NCBI GenBank assembly: GCA_010093705.1
Contig: MU006110.1
Span: forward strand, 204,377 to 264,089
Length of the DNA stretch: 59,713 nt
Source: Patellaria atrata CBS 101060
Lineage: Eukaryota
Reading direction: 5' to 3'
Under the pieces are notes generated by a model. It was not told the DNA's origin, did not search any database, and saw only the letters and a program-made list of their open reading frames with translations. Position 1 is the first letter of the stretch. The number at the start of each line of letters is the position of its first letter. A program made the position numbers and the translations under genes. Positions 1-12,780 of this stretch are shown in pieces.

Positions 1-1895
1 CCAAAGCTCCCAACCGCCAAGCCGGTATACATCCACATGATGGCCGGATCGTACAGCACCGGATTGAATGCCTCACTGATGGCCGACCCAAACGCGTTCG
101 TCAATAAATACATGCTCTGCACGAAACTCTTCATACTAGGGGGCGCCTTCGTGTATGCGTATTCGAGCCCCGTGACAGAGGCAAAGATCTCGGCGATCCC
201 GATGAAGACGTACGCGGGAGTTTGCACGGCAATATGCACGTTATTGCCCTGTGCGACGCCATTCTCATCAACTGAAGCAGGGCAGAAGGGAGTACCGTAG
301 CAAGGACCCGCTTTGTACACGAGGTGCTGCACGATGGCCGCGTAGGCCATACTGAGCGAGGCAATGCAGAACCCTAAAGTGATACGGTTGATGGGCGGGA
401 AGGGGATGTGAAGTTTGCGCAGGACGGGATAGAGAACGCGGTCGATGATGGGGATGAACACGATAATGGAGATTGGATCGAAATTTTGCATTAAATCGTT
501 AGGGAGGCCGTGGCCGCGCATTTGGGCAGCTATGATAGAGGTTAATGAACCGCTGACTTCTAAGACAGAATTTAAGAGGTACTACCTTGTGAGACGAAGT
601 TACCGCTAAATTGCCCATACACCACCCAGAAGATGGGATAAAGCGTGAAGACCTTACAAGCGATAAGGGCCCGCTTGACCTCATCGACGAAGTGGTCGTT
701 CCAGCGCTCGGTCACAGGGAGACCATGTTCCCTTTGGTAAGATGGCTTTGCCGCATTCATGTCACGGCGCTTGATCATTTGCCAAATGATGCGGAAAGCA
801 TCAGTGATGACCGAGCCCTGCGGTGGACGAACAACGTAGTATTTGCGCCCGAAGACCAGAACGACGAATCCGCACAGAAACATGCAGAGACCAAGGAGAT
901 ACGCCGACCAGAAACCTACGTCCCGCTCCATGTATGGTGTTGCTAGGAGCGAAAGAGATCCTACGTTGATACAGAAGTAGAAGATCATGTAAATCCTTTG
1001 GATAGTAATGGCTGGGTCAAGAATGATTCTCTCCCCGGATTCTAGCGTACTGATAGCCATCTGTCTACGCTTGTATTGGTCGGCGATGAGCGGTGCGACG
1101 TTGGATTTGATACCTCCAGTGCCGATACCGATGATGAGGATGGAAGCGATGAAGCCACCAGTACCAGATCCCCTTTCGAGCAGAGAAGGGATAGATGTAA
1201 TGGTGAGAATGAGGAGACCAACTATGTATACTCCGCAGAAGATGACAATAGTTTTGTATTTTCCTAGGTACTGATCTGCGATGATTGCGCCGAAGATGGG
1301 TGTCACTAGGACATGTCAGGAAATTTTCGCCTTCAACTCGATGGTTCCACCTTCACAAGATGGCTTCTCACTAGAGGGAAAGATATGTGGGCTTACCATA
1401 GCACCAGAACTGAAAGAATGTTGAGAGACCAGTGGCACCTTGGTGGCCCATACCAAGAGCACCACGCCCTAGACTTCCGTCAAATGGACGCTGAATGTAG
1501 TTTTGGAAGAGACCAGAAACACCATAGTACGTAAATCGTTCGCAGAATTCGACGAAGGCAACTAGGAACGCCGACCAAGGTAAACTCTCTCCAACATGTC
1601 GTAGTGTCTTTTTTTCTGCTTCCGTGGGATAATCACCGTCCTTTGTTTGGAAAGAATCTCTATCACTGTCATAGTGCCCTGATGAGCCATGCTCTTTCTC
1701 ATTTACACCAGGCTTCTCAACAACGGAGTTACTTCTATCGCGGAGTTCACCACCGAAGATATCTTTCTCCTTGTGTTTGTCCTCGGGATGTGGCAGCACA
1801 TGATGGAGACTAAGAGCAGGTTAGCCACATTGAACCGTATAATAAGTGAGTGATCCATACACTGCGGTATCGACTGTATGGTCTCCAGTCGCCAT
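1..1895 (-). CDS. PTR2: POT/PTR family proton-dependent oligopeptide transporter; 3' end runs off the window
   Basis: ExxERFxYYG motif (VEFCERFTYYG) and the PTR signature GxGGIKSNV..LIADQY, also FYFCINVGSL. ATG at 1895 (MATGDHTVDTAV). GT-AG introns at about 1810-1860, 1306-1396 and 530-585 join the ORF pieces in frame. Confidence 0.93.
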
Positions 1896-3437
1896 GACGA
1901 AATACGAGTATGAACTGTGTAGACACGAGCAGAGGGAGGGCTTGGTGCACTATCAAGGGGGGGGAAACTCAATAAATATATCATCTGCAATATCACACCA
2001 TACGTCAATCAACCCCATAGAGGGGGGCGAACATGGGCTACACATAACGGCTGACCACCTTTCACTTATTTGTAGGATTTCATTGCCATGTTGCAATAAC
2101 CAGTCGACACCCAGTAATGATAAAGCGGATGTAACGAAACTAGGACTTGAAGATACGATGGGGTTTGGCGTTGATGAGTCTCTTCTGAATGGTCCACAGT
2201 ACCCACATGTCCGGGAATAGAGAATGAAGTGTCTATTGGATAAGTGTAACGATAATCGCGTCCCGTCTCCTCAAAAGGCAGGTCAGGGAACATAAAATGC
2301 ACTAAGACTGATAGAAGTAAGCAATTTCTGCCCACGAAGGAATTCCCCAGCCGTTAACGGGGGCTTCGATACTGCAATGAAGGGACTGACTATAGCCAAC
2401 GAGAGGCCGTCGCATTACAGTTGTTCGCGTGCTCTGCGTTCATACCGGACCGTGCCAAGTGGGACTTCATGCAGATCATCGAGTTTAAAAGGTTTTCTGC
2501 CGAGCTTATCTTGCAACTGGTTTGACTGGTGGCTGAATCAAGCATCATTTCAAGATTTGCTTATTCTGGCTTGGTAATTGGCGGGCGGATTGGCCACTGT
2601 AAATGCTCCTTAATAGCCACACACGTTGTCTTACCGTCAAGTCGACTTTTTTCTGAGGACCGTCGGCCGGTTCCGACATCCAGAAGAATTTTGTCTCATC
2701 GGATTTATCGGTGAAAGCGGGCGGCATAGGCGGCAATGAGAACGAATCTTGATATCGGTTTCGGCTCTTCTTGGTTCTAGGTCTACAACATCAACCCGTT
2801 TTCTGAGTGATATCACAAAGCAATGCATAAGGACTATTCTGTCCTCTCGCAGCTACAGGATACAATGCCAAAAGAAATGAAGATTCTATACCGTACTGTG
2901 GAAGTGCGGCATACCTCCGTACTCACGTTGAAGATCTGAGGGGTAATACGAGTTGACAGAACCACCCTGGAGCCTGAACAATAAATAAGTATATCATTGG
3001 TGTCGGTGGCGAGCGAGAGGCGAGTTGTTCCCGGTTCCGCTTACCATCCAGTGCTTGTATCATGTAGCTACATTCGGAGCTTGTAAACTTGCATTAGAGT
3101 CAGTTGCTATTGATAACTAGGATATCTTATGCAGAAACATGTGGAGCCTTTTGCTTTCTAAAAAAAACCATTCTCTGAGTTCCAGTCCATAAAAAATGAG
3201 ACAGTAGGTAGTGATATCGGAAAAAGCCAAATAGAGGATGGTTATATCTGCTGTATTCCGAAATATGATAAGCTGCACCAGGGTAATTATAAGCTTCAAT
3301 TATAGCGAATAACACAAGGGTAGAATATCCGTGAAGAAAATCGTAAACCGTAACCACGTTGATAGTTCATAACCTTATAGTACAGTTTGGTTCGTCGCTT
3401 TTATAACTTCATCAACCCGTACAATAATCCCACACGT

Positions 3438-4632
3438 TTACTGTCCGTGAATACCTCTTTCCATGGGATCAACATATGAGCTTGCGTAAGGTAACTTGCC
3501 CAACTTCTGTACCAAAATCTGCTCCGTAAGTTTCCAAAGACTTTCTCCCAATTCCTCATCCTTCGCCTGGCTGGAAACATCTGTAACCTTCCGGTCGGGA
3601 ACGATCTACAGCAGTTTAGCATCAACGGTTTAGCTTGCATAGCAACAACGAAGAAAACACAGCCACCACTCACATAATCCCCCTGTATCTTCTCCTTCAC
3701 AATATCTGGGCTCGTCGCTGCAAACAACGCAGACCGACACCCCTTATCCACCGGATCCTTCATGAAAGGCTTGATAGATTTAATCCCAATATTGCCAAGG
3801 GTACCATAAGCTTCCTCCGCTTGCTGAGGTTGATCCGTCTTTATGGCCCCAGGATGCGTCGCATTGATCCAGGGGGATTCCAAGTTCTTGTCGAAGCCGA
3901 CCTCGCCCTTCTCTTTACGTCGTACGAGAGCTCGCACGAAAAGGATTTCTGCGAGTTTTGTTCGTGAGTAAAGGTTTGTAGGACCAATGTCGGTGTTTAT
4001 CTCTTCGAGGGAGGCGAACTTCGTGTCTGAGTCGGCGACCTGGTGCATGGAGGATGATTGAAGGACTATGCGGCTGTCTGGGGTTTTGATAAGGACCGGC
4101 AACAATGTCATCACAAGGTGAAACTGCGCGATGTGGTTCACCTGCATATGGCTATCGATACCGTCTTTCGTCTCGTTGTAGACGCCCACTCCTAAACCGG
4201 CGTTGCAGACCAACGCATCGATCCGGTCGAGCCGAGATAGTTCTTGGGCTACGCTGTCGGTTTGGGATAGGTCTTCGAAGTTGCATTGTTTCCACTCAAC
4301 TTTAGAGGCATCGCCGTAATTTTTGAGCTCTTCTTGTGCCTCTTGGGCGTGTTGGGGATTTTGGGATAGAAGGTAGATCTTGGAGGGGTTGTGTTCGAGG
4401 ATGTGGGCTACGATGCCGAAACCAATGCCTGCGGAGCCGCCCGTGACTATGTAGATCTAGAGTCTCATGTCAGTAGGAATATCTCTCCCTTACCAGGTGT
4501 AGGCATTCTTCGATTGCTGCTACGCTTGCTATAACGAGACGGGGAGGTAGAGACGGAAATAAATACCTTGCCATCTAGACTTGGAATGTCTTTTTCAGGG
4601 TTGAATTTGTTGCCTGTAAAGAGATGCGCCAT
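3438..4632 (-). CDS. Short-chain dehydrogenase/reductase (retinol dehydrogenase/WWOX-like subfamily)
   Basis: MAHLFTGNKFNPEKDIPSLDGK, intron, then IYIVTGGSAGIG (TGxxxGxG), CNAG and YSRTK (YxxxK). Introns at about 4457-4567 and 3607-3674. Stop after ...ERGIHGQ at 3438. Confidence 0.9.
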
Positions 4633-5088
4633 GGTGAATTGGTGAGGTCTGGGGTAATTCTAGAGAGATTTGAAAAGAGATGAATTTAGGGAGTTATAGT
4701 TCGTGAGAAGGTTCCAGGCAGGTAGTGTTGTGGACACAGATATATCTGAGATGTTGGAGCTCTACACATTTTGTTCGCATAGAGGGTCATCGTCATGATA
4801 TTCCTCGGTGCATCCATTACGTCAATAATCATGATGTAATTCATGTGTTTGTTAATTTGGATGGGAATTGCTCAGGGGGGATGGTGCTGTATAGAGAAAT
4901 ATCTGGTAATAACATATTTAGAAATTAGAATTAAGATCTCACAGATCCCTATTCATATGTAGGATGTATATACAAAGTGTAAAAGTATAAGTACTGTCCA
5001 CTATCGATGGGTGGATTTTGCAAAGACGGTAGAGCTGAAGTGGCCAAGGGGGCTCCACCAACTTGACCCCATCTCAGCGGAAGACGGA

Positions 5089-5095
5089 TGACTCA
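5089..5095 (+). promoter_or_regulatory. TGACTCA AP-1/Gcn4(CpcA)-type site in the divergent promoter between the SDR and SRP-receptor beta genes
   Basis: Perfect TGACTCA about 85 nt upstream of the ATG at 5177. Motif match only. Confidence 0.3.
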
Positions 5096-5176
5096 GCATC
5101 CCGCTCCTCCCCCAGCTTCTTTTGATACAGTATCATCGAAGACGGGAGCTCACGTCGAAATAACTGGACAAATACT

Positions 5177-6131
5177 ATGGCCTGGTACGACGACGACTCG
5201 TGGGTCACGAAGGCCCTAGGTCCTAATATATCGACTATAATAATAGTAACCTTAATAGCTTTCGCACTCCCATTGCTTGTCCATTCCTACTTATACCGTG
5301 CAAGAACATTCGCGACTCTCCCAACTTTCCTTTTACTTGGTCCTAGCGGAGCTGGCAAGACCTCTCTTCTATGTTTGGTAAGGACAAGAATCTGTGGAAT
5401 CAATAACTACATTACTAACCTGTCTATTACCTACTCAGTTTGACAATGGGAAGCCGTCAGAAACTCGAATCTCTCAAACTCCCCTTTCCGCCACGATCAC
5501 TCTTCCATCGAACGCAACAGCTAGATCCTCAAAATACCGTTCCGAGAATGACCCCTCAATGAAGAAAAACCGCCAGTTTCAACTCGTGGACATACCCGGG
5601 CATGGAAAGCTGCGGCACTTCACGTTAGAGCATATCACAAAACTACAGAACCTGAAGGGCATAATCTTTCTTGTGGATACTGCAGACTTGTCTACGGGTT
5701 CAGGAGCACAGTCAGATAATGGTCTTTTAGAAGCGGCAGAATATCTCCACGATGTCCTTCTAGTACTACAGAAACGGTATACGAGCGCAAAGACTTCAAA
5801 GGGTCCCAAAGAGATCCCCTTTCTGATTGCTGGCAATAAACAAGATCTGTTCACAGCTCTACCGACTCCATTAGTCAAGGCGGCGTTGGAGGCTGAAATA
5901 TCCAAGGTGAGAGAGACCAAATCAAAAGGGCTATTAGACTCAGGGATCGGAATGGGTGAGGATGCCGTTGAAGAAGAAAGAGAATGGCTCGGTGATGGAG
6001 GCGAGGGCAAATTTCAGTTCAAGCAAATGGAAGAGGTTAATGTCCCTATAGAGGTTATTTGTGGTAATGTTCTGGGGGATGGTACTAATGGGGTTGAGAA
6101 GTGGTGGCAGTGGATAGGGGATCAAATGTAG
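5177..6131 (+). CDS. SRP102: Signal recognition particle receptor subunit beta (Arf/Sar-like GTPase with N-terminal TM anchor)
   Basis: N-terminal TM helix, P-loop GPSGAGKT, DIPGHGKLR, IIFLVD and GNKQD motifs. One intron at about 5378-5438 (GTAAGG...CTAAC...CAG). Confidence 0.92.
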
Positions 6132-6580
6132 GTTTATGGCATTTATAATAAATTTCAAACGATTATTATTAGTCACCCACCTGCTGAATTCAAACGAACA
6201 GATAATTGTGGTCTTATTGGTTGGGTAGAATTAATTTGATTTCTTTTTTCTTGGGATGGTTACACCAGGATAGGATTTCCTTTTGCAGTATCAGTAAACT
6301 TTAAAGGCTACAAGGCAATGTTTAGCCTCGCCATGACCCGAGCCTCACTTCGTTATCCACCTTTGTTTCCGTAATGTATGCTCTGGTTTCGTCTCCGAAT
6401 CCATTCGAAAGGTATGTGGCAGCTACTTCAGTCCTATAGTTGGCTCTAGGTCAGTTCTTATGTAAGTTATACTGTGACGCTGGATATACATGTTCACTAA
6501 TAAGAAGCAGCGCGACTTCTATACAGCCTCAAGACTGTAGCCTTAAACACTCTTGAACAAGACAAATCCTACTGATCAAA

Positions 6581-8878
6581 ATGTCGCTCTCCTTCAATGT
6601 CAATGCTGGCCCGTTGACCCAGATAGGCCTTGAAATAGTCTCAATACATACAGCTGTTCAGCTAGCTACTGGCGCCTATGGATGGCTCAAAGGAAGAGAG
6701 AGGAGTAAATCGCTGATCCAGCTTCTTTCTGTTGGGGGAGGACAGCTCGTTTCATCAAGCTCCTTCAATGCTAATGTCTACAAACAACTTCGTCAGGAGT
6801 GCGGTACTATTCAAGGCGTGGTGGTGCAAGAAAGGAGCGTTCAGTCTACATCACTTCCTAAAGCATCCACTGCAATCTCAGATCACGCAGGTACTACATG
6901 TCTTCGAGCTCTCACAGCCGTGATCCTATGCGTCTATAATATTGAAGGGACGGTATCCATTCTTCAGGATCTGATTCCCTATGCTCTGATTCAACACGAT
7001 CAGCTCGATAGCTCATTAGAGATGAATGGCCCTGTTTTATCAAGTCTAAAGCAATACGTTTCCACCATCGCCTTGGAGGAGGATAGTAACACTTTCAGGG
7101 ATATGATGCTCGACGAGGCTAGAGAGCGGCAGATATCACTTACCGGTTTACCATATAGTGAAATAATGGCTTCGGACGACAGTTCATTCCTTGAAATGAA
7201 CATCTGCATCGGAGTTCTTAGATGGATTCTTACCCCTGTGCATAGAAGAGAACCAAGACAATATCCTACTAGGTCATTGAAAGTATGGACACTGGCCTTT
7301 CTCATGGGAAATTTCGGCTTCGGCGTTCATGCGTCGGCCATCGTAGTCCGCACAACCGAAGAATACGACGAGATGAAGGCCTCTCCCCACTACTTTGGAA
7401 TACATCCAAATGTGTTTCTCGTGACTGGAAAAGGAGAGACTACAGACGAGATGAGCCCAGCTGATACCATACCCCACTTCAATGGTTCACTCAAACCTCA
7501 AGTTATGCCTATCAGAGGCATCCCGTGGTCAGCTTTTAGACATCTTCGAGGAGCCTCTGGCAAAGTCGATGTCCACTATCTTGTTGACGTGTGGAACTAT
7601 TCATTTCGAACCGCAAGGGAGCGTGTCAAGCGTATATCTGTTGAAAGATTGGACGTACAGCTTGTCACGCAGCAGCCGGATACTGAAGCATTCGAGCACC
7701 ATAAAGCCTTGCTTGCCGACTTCTCGCCAAGAATACACCGCCTATGTGCGCCGGCCATGTCGCAATTTGTTCCAGCGACTTCTCACACAGCCGGTTGGGA
7801 ATTGGACCAAATTACAGAAAGAATTGGTATCCTTAAGGGTGAGGAGGAGCTTCAATGCAGAAATTCAGCATTAAGAGAAAACTGCTACGTCCTCATTGCA
7901 ATTATTCTTGGAACTATCTATGGAGTCGCGTCCAAGGCGCTCATAGAAGGCCAAGTCGAGGCAAATGAGGACACTGAGATAGCCTTTTCGCCTGAGCTCA
8001 TCTGCCCCGGTCTACATAGATTGAAATCCTGGGCTAGATCCATTGGCTCCGCATTATCAGCGCTGTCTCGGGACTTATGGACAGATCTTATGTTTGAACT
8101 CTTTCTGTGTCGTGATAATCCAAGAATGTCACGTAATTCCACGTTATTCTCCAATCGTCAGCAAAACCCTCATGAACAACGTCTCATACTAGGAGCGCAA
8201 GCCAATGGTCTTGTCGCCATCTCGGAATTGGCTGTCAAACTAACTATTGAGCCTACCGCACTTGCTTTATTTCATATCAAACGAGGGCAGATACTCACTC
8301 TTCCCCTAACTGAGGATGGTTATATTGAAGCTGCCACGAATCTAGAACCTCCACTGAGTATGGCTATGGATCCTGAACCGGAGAATGATTATCTCGGTCG
8401 ATTTGACCACTTTGACCCAGACTCCTTGCGTTTAGATATAGAACCTTGCTGGGAATCAGACCCGCGTACCGTGGTTTTCAGAGCCCGTTTAATGGGTCTA
8501 ATACTAGCTCCCATCAATATAAACTTGGTCGTAGATGCCCTCGCGTACGGGGGTCAATCGTGTGGGTGTACAAAAGCCGTAGAGAGAGTAGAAGTACCAT
8601 TGGTACAGAGGTGGCAACATATCCATATCGGCCAGCTCATGCGTACGATGTTTCGCGGCATATCACATCGCCGTGTTGATTTTGATCAAGGGGGTTTCAA
8701 TGTTTTGATAGATGCCTCTTGCGCAGAAGCTGTAACTATATACGCTATCGGTATAACAAGTTGTCGGCAGACGACGATCGTTACGGAATGTATGCATTGT
8801 TCATATCAGAACGTTATGCGCAATACTGGGCATAAAGGGGACGCTGTCATGATCATCCCGTGGAACTTAAGCGCTTAA
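6581..8878 (+). CDS. Uncharacterised 765-aa protein, single exon
   Basis: Uninterrupted 2.3-kb ORF with a good start context (CAAAATG). Cys pairs near the C-terminus (CGC, CMHC). No recognisable catalytic motif. Confidence 0.85.
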   Translation: MSLSFNVNAGPLTQIGLEIVSIHTAVQLATGAYGWLKGRERSKSLIQLLSVGGGQLVSSSSFNANVYKQLRQECGTIQGVVVQERSVQSTSLPKASTAISDHAGTTCLRALTAVILCVYNIEGTVSILQDLIPYALIQHDQLDSSLEMNGPVLSSLKQYVSTIALEEDSNTFRDMMLDEARERQISLTGLPYSEIMASDDSSFLEMNICIGVLRWILTPVHRREPRQYPTRSLKVWTLAFLMGNFGFGVHASAIVVRTTEEYDEMKASPHYFGIHPNVFLVTGKGETTDEMSPADTIPHFNGSLKPQVMPIRGIPWSAFRHLRGASGKVDVHYLVDVWNYSFRTARERVKRISVERLDVQLVTQQPDTEAFEHHKALLADFSPRIHRLCAPAMSQFVPATSHTAGWELDQITERIGILKGEEELQCRNSALRENCYVLIAIILGTIYGVASKALIEGQVEANEDTEIAFSPELICPGLHRLKSWARSIGSALSALSRDLWTDLMFELFLCRDNPRMSRNSTLFSNRQQNPHEQRLILGAQANGLVAISELAVKLTIEPTALALFHIKRGQILTLPLTEDGYIEAATNLEPPLSMAMDPEPENDYLGRFDHFDPDSLRLDIEPCWESDPRTVVFRARLMGLILAPININLVVDALAYGGQSCGCTKAVERVEVPLVQRWQHIHIGQLMRTMFRGISHRRVDFDQGGFNVLIDASCAEAVTIYAIGITSCRQTTIVTECMHCSYQNVMRNTGHKGDAVMIIPWNLSA

Positions 8879-9271
8879 ATCGTCAGGCGATGGCTCATTC
8901 GAAACATATCCTGTAGGAAGATCACATATAGTTATTAGAAATAGATCAAAATAGTCGGGGTGCCCAAAACTCTGGTGGCTTCATAATATTGCGTCGGTCA
9001 GGAAAGACCTTCATAAGTGCTGCTGAATGGCTAATATACCATCAGACAACGAAACTATCTACTGTTCCAAAAGAGAGCCTCCACTCATCGTACTCCTAAC
9101 GCCACAACTCCAACGCAACAACAAATTAAGAATCTGCTCCTGCTACTATGATGTTGTCGGCTTTCGTACGGGCCGCTTGGAATCTCCAGTCTCCACTATA
9201 ACAACTATTAGCATCCGAATACCATTCTACAAGGTGCAAATGGGTACTCACAACGAATGCCGCGGCGCTCA

Positions 9272-10210
9272 TTATAAACGTCTAATGATGCCCCGCAAGT
9301 GTACAGCCGTCATCCGCTTCGTGGGATCTAGCACCAACATGCACTTCATCGCCACGTCCAACGTCCGCGAGTAAAATGCCAACTGGCGTTCATGCATGGG
9401 TGGGTTTGTTCCCACTCCAATGCCTGGCGGCACACAAATTGTCCGCACCAGCGGTTCCGGCGCGCCTTCCTGGCGGGCGTAAGCTTCCATCTCTTCTGGC
9501 GGCACCTCGTAGGGTTGCCTCGTAATCGGCAGCATCCCCAAAGCAAGCAGGTGAACCACACAGCCTAAGCCCCAGACGTCCCACGCCGGCGTAGCCAGCG
9601 GGTATTCAGGCGGTCGTATGTCGTACGTACCGGCCCGACCGCAGGGGATGAAACTCGTGGACGGATCGTACGCGACGGCGTTACCAAAGTCGGCAAGCTT
9701 GACCTCGAAGAAGCCTGTCAGGGCTGTTGTCGGGCCCACCTTCAGCAAGACGTTCGCAAGCTTGACATCTCGGTGTACGATTGTACGGAACGCTGGGACG
9801 TGAGCTGTTGGTGAGTTTGACGTGCCACCTGCTGCGAGGTATGCTAGTGCCTCCGAGATCTCTCGTGCTACGTGCCAGATGAACGGTTCCGACAAAGCGA
9901 TGCGCTGATAGAAATGCCAGTCTTGGAAACTGCGGAGGTCACCGTATTCACAGTGCTCCAGGAGCAGCGTCGAGTATCCGTACCCCGGCTGGTTCATGAT
10001 GACTTCGTATAGTTGGGCGATTTTGGTACAGCCCCTGAGCTCCATGAGGATTCTCGCTTCTCTCGGCGCTCTGGTGTCTGTTCTCGGTCGAAAAAATGTT
10101 TTGGCGGCTACGAGTGTCCGCGATGGATGATGGTAGTATCGCGACACTGTTCCCTCCCCCCCTTGACCGATCTGGCCTAGAAGCTTGAAACCAACTGGGA
10201 ATGCATCCAT
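9272..10210 (-). CDS. Ser/Thr protein kinase, kinase domain only (NimA/NEK-like), intronless
   Basis: GQGGEG Gly-loop, VAAK, LEHCEYGDL hinge, HRDVKLANVLL, DFG, GT..RPPE, DVWGLG and PTKR motifs. Confidence 0.9.
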   Translation of the reverse strand: MDAFPVGFKLLGQIGQGGEGTVSRYYHHPSRTLVAAKTFFRPRTDTRAPREARILMELRGCTKIAQLYEVIMNQPGYGYSTLLLEHCEYGDLRSFQDWHFYQRIALSEPFIWHVAREISEALAYLAAGGTSNSPTAHVPAFRTIVHRDVKLANVLLKVGPTTALTGFFEVKLADFGNAVAYDPSTSFIPCGRAGTYDIRPPEYPLATPAWDVWGLGCVVHLLALGMLPITRQPYEVPPEEMEAYARQEGAPEPLVRTICVPPGIGVGTNPPMHERQLAFYSRTLDVAMKCMLVLDPTKRMTAVHLRGIIRRL

Positions 10211-11788
10211 TATGGCGAGATTGATGGTAAAGTTGCTTGAAAATTTGGTTTTATGTATGCTGCTGCAAGGGGAGGAGGTTGTAACCGGCCTTTCAAAAGG
10301 GAAGGGGCCACGGAGGAATCTTTTATATACACGTACGGCGGCAGGGAGTCATGCGCACGCCATGCCTGATCAAAAACTTCGCAAGCTACGTAATTTCCTG
10401 ATTTCCCAACCAAAGCAGGTCTAGTCCAAGGGGCAGTCATATGGACAGTTTTGGGATGCACTGTGAAGACACCAAGACGAGTCCTACGTTCCCCCTCAAG
10501 AACAACGTTGAAGGTGAATCATACAATGTATTGCAAGGTAGAGACCTACAAATTAAAGCGGACTTGAATGAAGACAGAGGGCTACAGTAGCTATGATTCA
10601 GAAAGAATATCGTTTTCTAATTTTAACTATTGTATAAAAGACTAACACATCATAGCAATATTAGATTGACTATGTGAGAATATTGATATCAGCGAAAACG
10701 TCCCAATACAAGAGAACGGTGGCGATTACTCAGATAAATGAGACTGTCGGATGGCGAAGAAGCAAACGCATGATCCGGCACCCTCCATGCTTGCTTTTAA
10801 GAATTTTTGTTTTGAGATTTTGCAGCTTGATACCCGTTGTAGAATCTCAATTGTCCTCTTTCACCTCGCTGAACAGTCTTCAAATCATATTCACTATTTT
10901 TTAGAGTAGTAGCCTACAATCATTATGAGTATCTTCTTTTCAATTTTAATATCAAACTAGATACTCAATGGTTGAAGTTCAAGGCTGATACCACGTTTCA
11001 TCATAAACATAACATTCCTGCACAGTTACCCAGGTAACCTCAGCCCGAAAAATTATCCTGAAATATAATTGGGCAGTTTCCAGTCATTTCTGCAAACGGA
11101 GACGATATCTTAGGGCTCATCTCGCACGAAACCGAGTATCGGGCTCAGTTCGTGATGCATATTGCTGAATGACAGAACTACATCCGTAGACGCAAATGGC
11201 TTTGAAGACTACTCTAAATCGATCGAAAATCGAGGTATGGTTCGATTGGCACCGGAATAGCAGTAAATAGATATTATCTGTTCTGGATTATGATGATAGA
11301 GACACAGTTTGACGTGGTGGTTACTTTAAAGTTTGTGTTTCCACTTTTCCCAATTCGGGTATGGTGAATTTGTTATCACATTTGAATTTGTTATCACATC
11401 GGCAGGCTGCGGGAGGGATCTTATGTCTAATACAACCTCATCTCTAGCTATAGAAGTGATATCAATTACAAAGGCCTATTTTGTGCGAGAATGTCTCCCA
11501 TACCTATCAAAGATTTGTAGGTCTGATACAAATTAGATATGAAACCGCACAGCTTGATCAACTTCTCTAAATCGCCAGAAAGGGTCCCGAAACCGAACCC
11601 GGTATGTTCTGGCCTAAATTTCATAGATTCAGGCCTAACCTGACTCAGCGTTGCATATCGCCCTGTTCATCGTCCGAACCCCCTCAATTAGCTTTAATAA
11701 AGGTTCCCAATTCCCTTGGAGTATTTTCTGTACTTTCCTAGAATTCGTTAAACTCGGAGATATTGGGTTACACATCACCAATTTCACA

Positions 11789-12583
11789 ATGGCCACCCTT
11801 AACAAAGCGATCTTCAACCCCTCGCTGTACTCCCGCATCACTGCGCTCTGGTTTCCTGACACCTCTCCCTCCACAATCTACCCAACTATGGACGCCGCAA
11901 AACGCTGGTTTGGACAAGGTTCTCCCGAAGAAAAGGCCGCCTTTGATAACGCCTGCGCCTCGTGCTGCCGAGAAGCACTCTCCTCCGTCTCACCAGAGCA
12001 CTTTCCTCTCCCCTCCCTTCCCACTCACGAAGCCGAACTCGCGCACCGCAAGGAGATGGCCTTTCCCTTCAGGCAGGCCATCTGGGAGGGCGACATCGAC
12101 AATGAGGTAGCAGGCCACCGTGCGTTGAAGATAATGATTCTCCTAGACCAGATTCCGCGGAATATATTTCGCAAGGAGGACCAGCGGCTGATATACACCC
12201 ACTACGACGTCCTAGCGCGGGCTCTCATCAGAGATATCCTCTCTTTAGAGGTGCGAGCAGATGTCACGCCCTCCTTCCGGTATTCCCTTACGGCAAGGCA
12301 GTGGTTCTACCTTCCTTTGATGCATTCGGAGTATTTGGCCGACCATGACGTTTTCAGTGGGTTGATCGCAGATATGAGGAAGGACTTTGAGAAGAAACCG
12401 GGGGAGAAGGATGAGGCTGTGTTCATATGGTTGGATCGGATTGACGAGTTTGAGTTAAAGCATCGGATAATTCTGGAGCGGTTTGGACGGTATCCGTATC
12501 GGAATAAGTATTTAGGGAGGGAGACGACGAAGGAGGAGCAGGAATGGCTAGAGGGTGGGGGAGACACGTTCGGAGTCTCCTAG
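11789..12583 (+). CDS. DUF924 family protein
   Basis: ATG in CACAATGG context at 11789. Motifs WF, ILLDQIPRNIFR, FYLPLMHSE and HRIILERFGRYPYRNKYLGRETT are typical of DUF924. Confidence 0.9.
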   Translation: MATLNKAIFNPSLYSRITALWFPDTSPSTIYPTMDAAKRWFGQGSPEEKAAFDNACASCCREALSSVSPEHFPLPSLPTHEAELAHRKEMAFPFRQAIWEGDIDNEVAGHRALKIMILLDQIPRNIFRKEDQRLIYTHYDVLARALIRDILSLEVRADVTPSFRYSLTARQWFYLPLMHSEYLADHDVFSGLIADMRKDFEKKPGEKDEAVFIWLDRIDEFELKHRIILERFGRYPYRNKYLGRETTKEEQEWLEGGGDTFGVS

Positions 12584-12780
12584 ACTTGGTCGAGATGGAG
12601 ATTTATAGCACTGTTCTGCCCCCTGTGCCGTTAAACTACTATACGCATATACTCAGGAGGGTCTCTGACATTATGGGTAGGACAAAGCAATCATGGAACG
12701 AAATAAATGAAATTGCTCTCAATTGAGTGTATAGAAAGTATAGCAAACGCGCCGCATTCACCGACCGAAATTACTCCTAG

